From NCBI RefSeq assembly GCF_963921235.1, contig NC_086097.1, positions 186,064,001 to 186,128,000 of the forward strand: a stretch of DNA of 64,000 nt, in the 5' to 3' direction. Positions within the stretch are counted from its first letter, which is position 1, and each line of letters starts with the position of its first letter. The notes under the pieces were generated by a model, which was not told the DNA's origin, did not search any database, and saw only the letters and a list, made by a program, of their open reading frames with translations. Source of the DNA: Mobula hypostoma. Taxonomy: Eukaryota. The translations under genes were made by a program, and so were the position numbers. This document shows, piece by piece, positions 61,425 through 64,000 of the stretch.

Positions 61425-62100
61425 AGAATTCCAAGTGTTATCTCACCAAAGGCATGTACATTTGTAATATGATGTCTCAGGTCCTGTGTTCAGCGCCCTG
61501 ACTGATGAAGGCGAGTATGCCAAATGCTTTCTCATCCCCCTGTCTACCCACTTCTCACCTTGCAGGGAATTTTGTATTTGGGCCCCTAGATCTCTCTATT
61601 GTACAACAGCCTTCAGGGATCTGCCATTTACTATATAAGTCCTTCCCTTGTTTAATTTCCAAGAGGGCAAAATCTCACACTTGTCTGAGTTAGATTCCAT
61701 CTGCAATTATTTGGCTCACTTTCCCAGTTGATCTAGATCCTGTTATAATATTAGATAACGTTCTTCACTGTGCACCATATTGCCAATTTTGATGTAACCC
61801 ATAAACTTACTAACCATACCCAAATTATTAATATAGATGGCACATGACAGTGGACACAACACACTATTGGTCACAGATCTCCAATCTGAAAAGCAACCCT
61901 CTACGATCAGCCTTTGATTCTTACCACCAAGCCAATTTTGTATCCAATTGGCTGGCTCACCATGGATAGCATGAGATCATATCTTCCAGATTAGACTACC
62001 ACATGGGGTCTTGTCAAAGGCCTTGGTAAACTCCAGTAAATAATGTTCACTGCCCTGCCCTTGTCAATCCTCCTCAACATTCCTTCAAAGTATCTCAATG
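61425..62100 (-). mobile_element. Old CR1-like RT fragment
   Basis: Degraded similarity to CR1 RT, for example TTGTCAAAGGCCTTGGTAAACTCC reads FTKAFDK on the minus strand. Confidence 0.6.
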
Positions 62101-62121
62101 TTTTCATAAAGTTTCAAAGTA

Positions 62122-62822
62122 CAGTGCATTCCGGATTTGGCCCAATTAAGCATCTGCACCAATTAGCCAAAGTTTCATGGAAATAGTAAAAAAGTATAAA
62201 AAAAAGATAAACTAATGTTTAACTGAGTAACAAATTATGTATTTAAATGAAATACAATTAGAGCATTACCAATAGTATTGTGCTATAAATTATAATAGTT
62301 ATCGACAGAGAAATTAATCCATTGCACGACTGTTGTATTCTTTTGATTGACTGTAAGAGAATAAAATCAGTGCAAGCACTTAGTGCAGATAATGGACTGC
62401 CTACATACAATACTTCAGACAATTGCATCTTCCAAATCTTTTTTTTCATTGTAAGATTCGAGATGATTGTTGATATCTTCAAACTTCTTGTAGTTCCTCA
62501 CTTGTTGAAGTAGTGAATTAATTTCATTTTTATTCTCGGCCATTTCTGAATGATCTTTGAGCACAAGCACGCACAACTGATGCTATTTAAAAACTATTTG
62601 CTGTAAGACCGGTATACTGTTTAATAGCTTTGCTGGTCAAAGTGACTGATGCTGGTTAGAAACCATTCAACAACAGTCTCCTGCCCCAGTTAAGTGGCAA
62701 GGTGTCTCAAGTAAATGAAGGGAATTCAGGCTATTTGCTCAATTGGTTTTTGCTCTTTAAGAGTTATCCCAAATAAGTGGCTGCCCCGATTAACCTGTGG
62801 CCCAGTTAACTGGAATCCACTG
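62122..62822. mobile_element. Probable pogo/Tigger-like MITE
   Basis: TA-CAGTGCATTCCGG at the left and CTGGAATCCACTG at the right form an imperfect TIR. Subterminal TGGCCCA.TTAA repeats. The right flank reads TC rather than TA. Confidence 0.55.
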
Positions 62823-63649
62823 TCTTAATAAAATGCACATGGTTGCTATTCTATTAGTTAAAAGAAACCAACATTCAGATAGTTTTAGCAGAAACTTAAA
62901 CAATAAGGTTATGAAAATAAAATTTCATACTCAACTTACTGTAAGTGTTTCTGGGGGAAACAAAACCTTCAAAATATAACACGGTGGAGCACAACTGGCA
63001 TTGCACAGATTTAAATTGGTTGCATACAATGATACACTAGAGGGTGCTCTTGGGTTTTGAGAAACCAATGGCATGTTGACATAACTTGGAAATACATTTT
63101 TTTCAGTTTTTCTCTCCTCTCTCAGCTCATGCTGCGGTATGAATCTGTGGGCATTAGTTGCCTACTGCTAAAGCGGACAATAGTCATGCTGAAGCCTTGA
63201 TGGGAAGCAACAGTAGTTCTGCTGAGGTATCTCAATGCAATTTAATTCTGTCCTTACACAACAGGGAGAAAAGAATTATATCTTACTGAACAATGATCAG
63301 GTGCATGTCTCAACACCCATATGGGATTAGATACTTCCAAATATAGAATCATGCAGAATCTACTGGTCAGAAACTGGTCATTTACTCCAGTTGGCCAAGT
63401 CAGTATTTATACTCCAAAATAAATCCCAATTATCGTTCCAACACTGTGCATGTAACTTTCTATTCCTTTCTCCTTCACAAGGACACCATCATTCATTGAA
63501 ATATTTGCTAAAATCCTTGTTTGAACTTCTGGTGGCTGATTACATAAATTACCTTAGATTCATCCGCACAAAGAACCATTTTCACCTTATCTACTCTATC
63601 ACATAATTTTAAAGACTCCAATCTGTTCACTTTTTCAGCACTGAAAAGA

Positions 63650-64000
63650 ACCTCAGCCTACCCAGCATTTCCAAAGGATTTCATTCTCTTCAATTAACGT
63701 TCTTGTAAATAGTTTTTGAACAATCTACCATCCATTTCCAGTACAGATGTCAAAGCAGCACATGGTATGATTGAACCAAGGTTTATAAAATTTAGAAATC
63801 CTACCACTAAACCTATCTTACCTACCCCCCTTCCTTCTTCATACATTGTACCCCCACAATTCCCTTGTCCATTCATCCCTCCCCACTAATCTCTCTCCCA
63901 TCATTTATCCCTGCGAGGAGACTAAATGCTACACCTGCCCATACACCTCCTCCCTCATCTCCATTCAGGGCCCTAAATGATTCTTCCAGGTGAGACAATA
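63650..64000 (+). mobile_element. Penelope-like element fragment running off the window end
   Basis: 63870-64000 (KCYTCPYTSSLISIQGPK*FFQVRQ) matches the reverse complement of about 17075-17205. Confidence 0.8.

Noticed and set aside
63034..63047. CTCF-like motif ACACTAGAGGGTGC
   Set aside because: Two mismatches to the core consensus. A single such match in 64 kb is not informative without ChIP or conservation data.

Overview
Eukaryotic, repeat-dominated genomic DNA, most likely from a cartilaginous fish (ray or shark). This is inferred from the repeat set: abundant CR1/HER1-like LINEs, HE1/V-SINE-like SINEs, Rex1/Babar-like LINEs and Penelope-like elements. I found no intact protein-coding gene, rRNA, true tRNA or CRISPR array. 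Every ORF in the track with recognisable motifs is a transposon fragment. The window is a deeply nested TE landscape: about a dozen CR1 pieces, five Rex1-like LINE pieces, three decayed Gypsy proviruses, six solo LTRs with readable target-site duplications (TSDs), a Penelope GIY-YIG element, several Penelope tails with a minimal hammerhead-ribozyme motif, an R4/Dong-type endonuclease fragment in a (TAA)n tract, three Tc1/mariner/pogo-type non-autonomous elements and tRNA-derived SINEs. One provirus is Gmr1-like, with integrase before RT and a perfect 18-nt tRNA-Leu primer-binding site. A few weak splice-site-bounded segments may be host exons, but I cannot name a gene. I see no convincing wholly new biological system. 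The best leads are the hammerhead motifs, a covarying hairpin shared by three divergent LTRs, and a young SINE whose tail resembles invertebrate SINEs. Boundaries with TSDs were read by hand; other boundaries are approximate.
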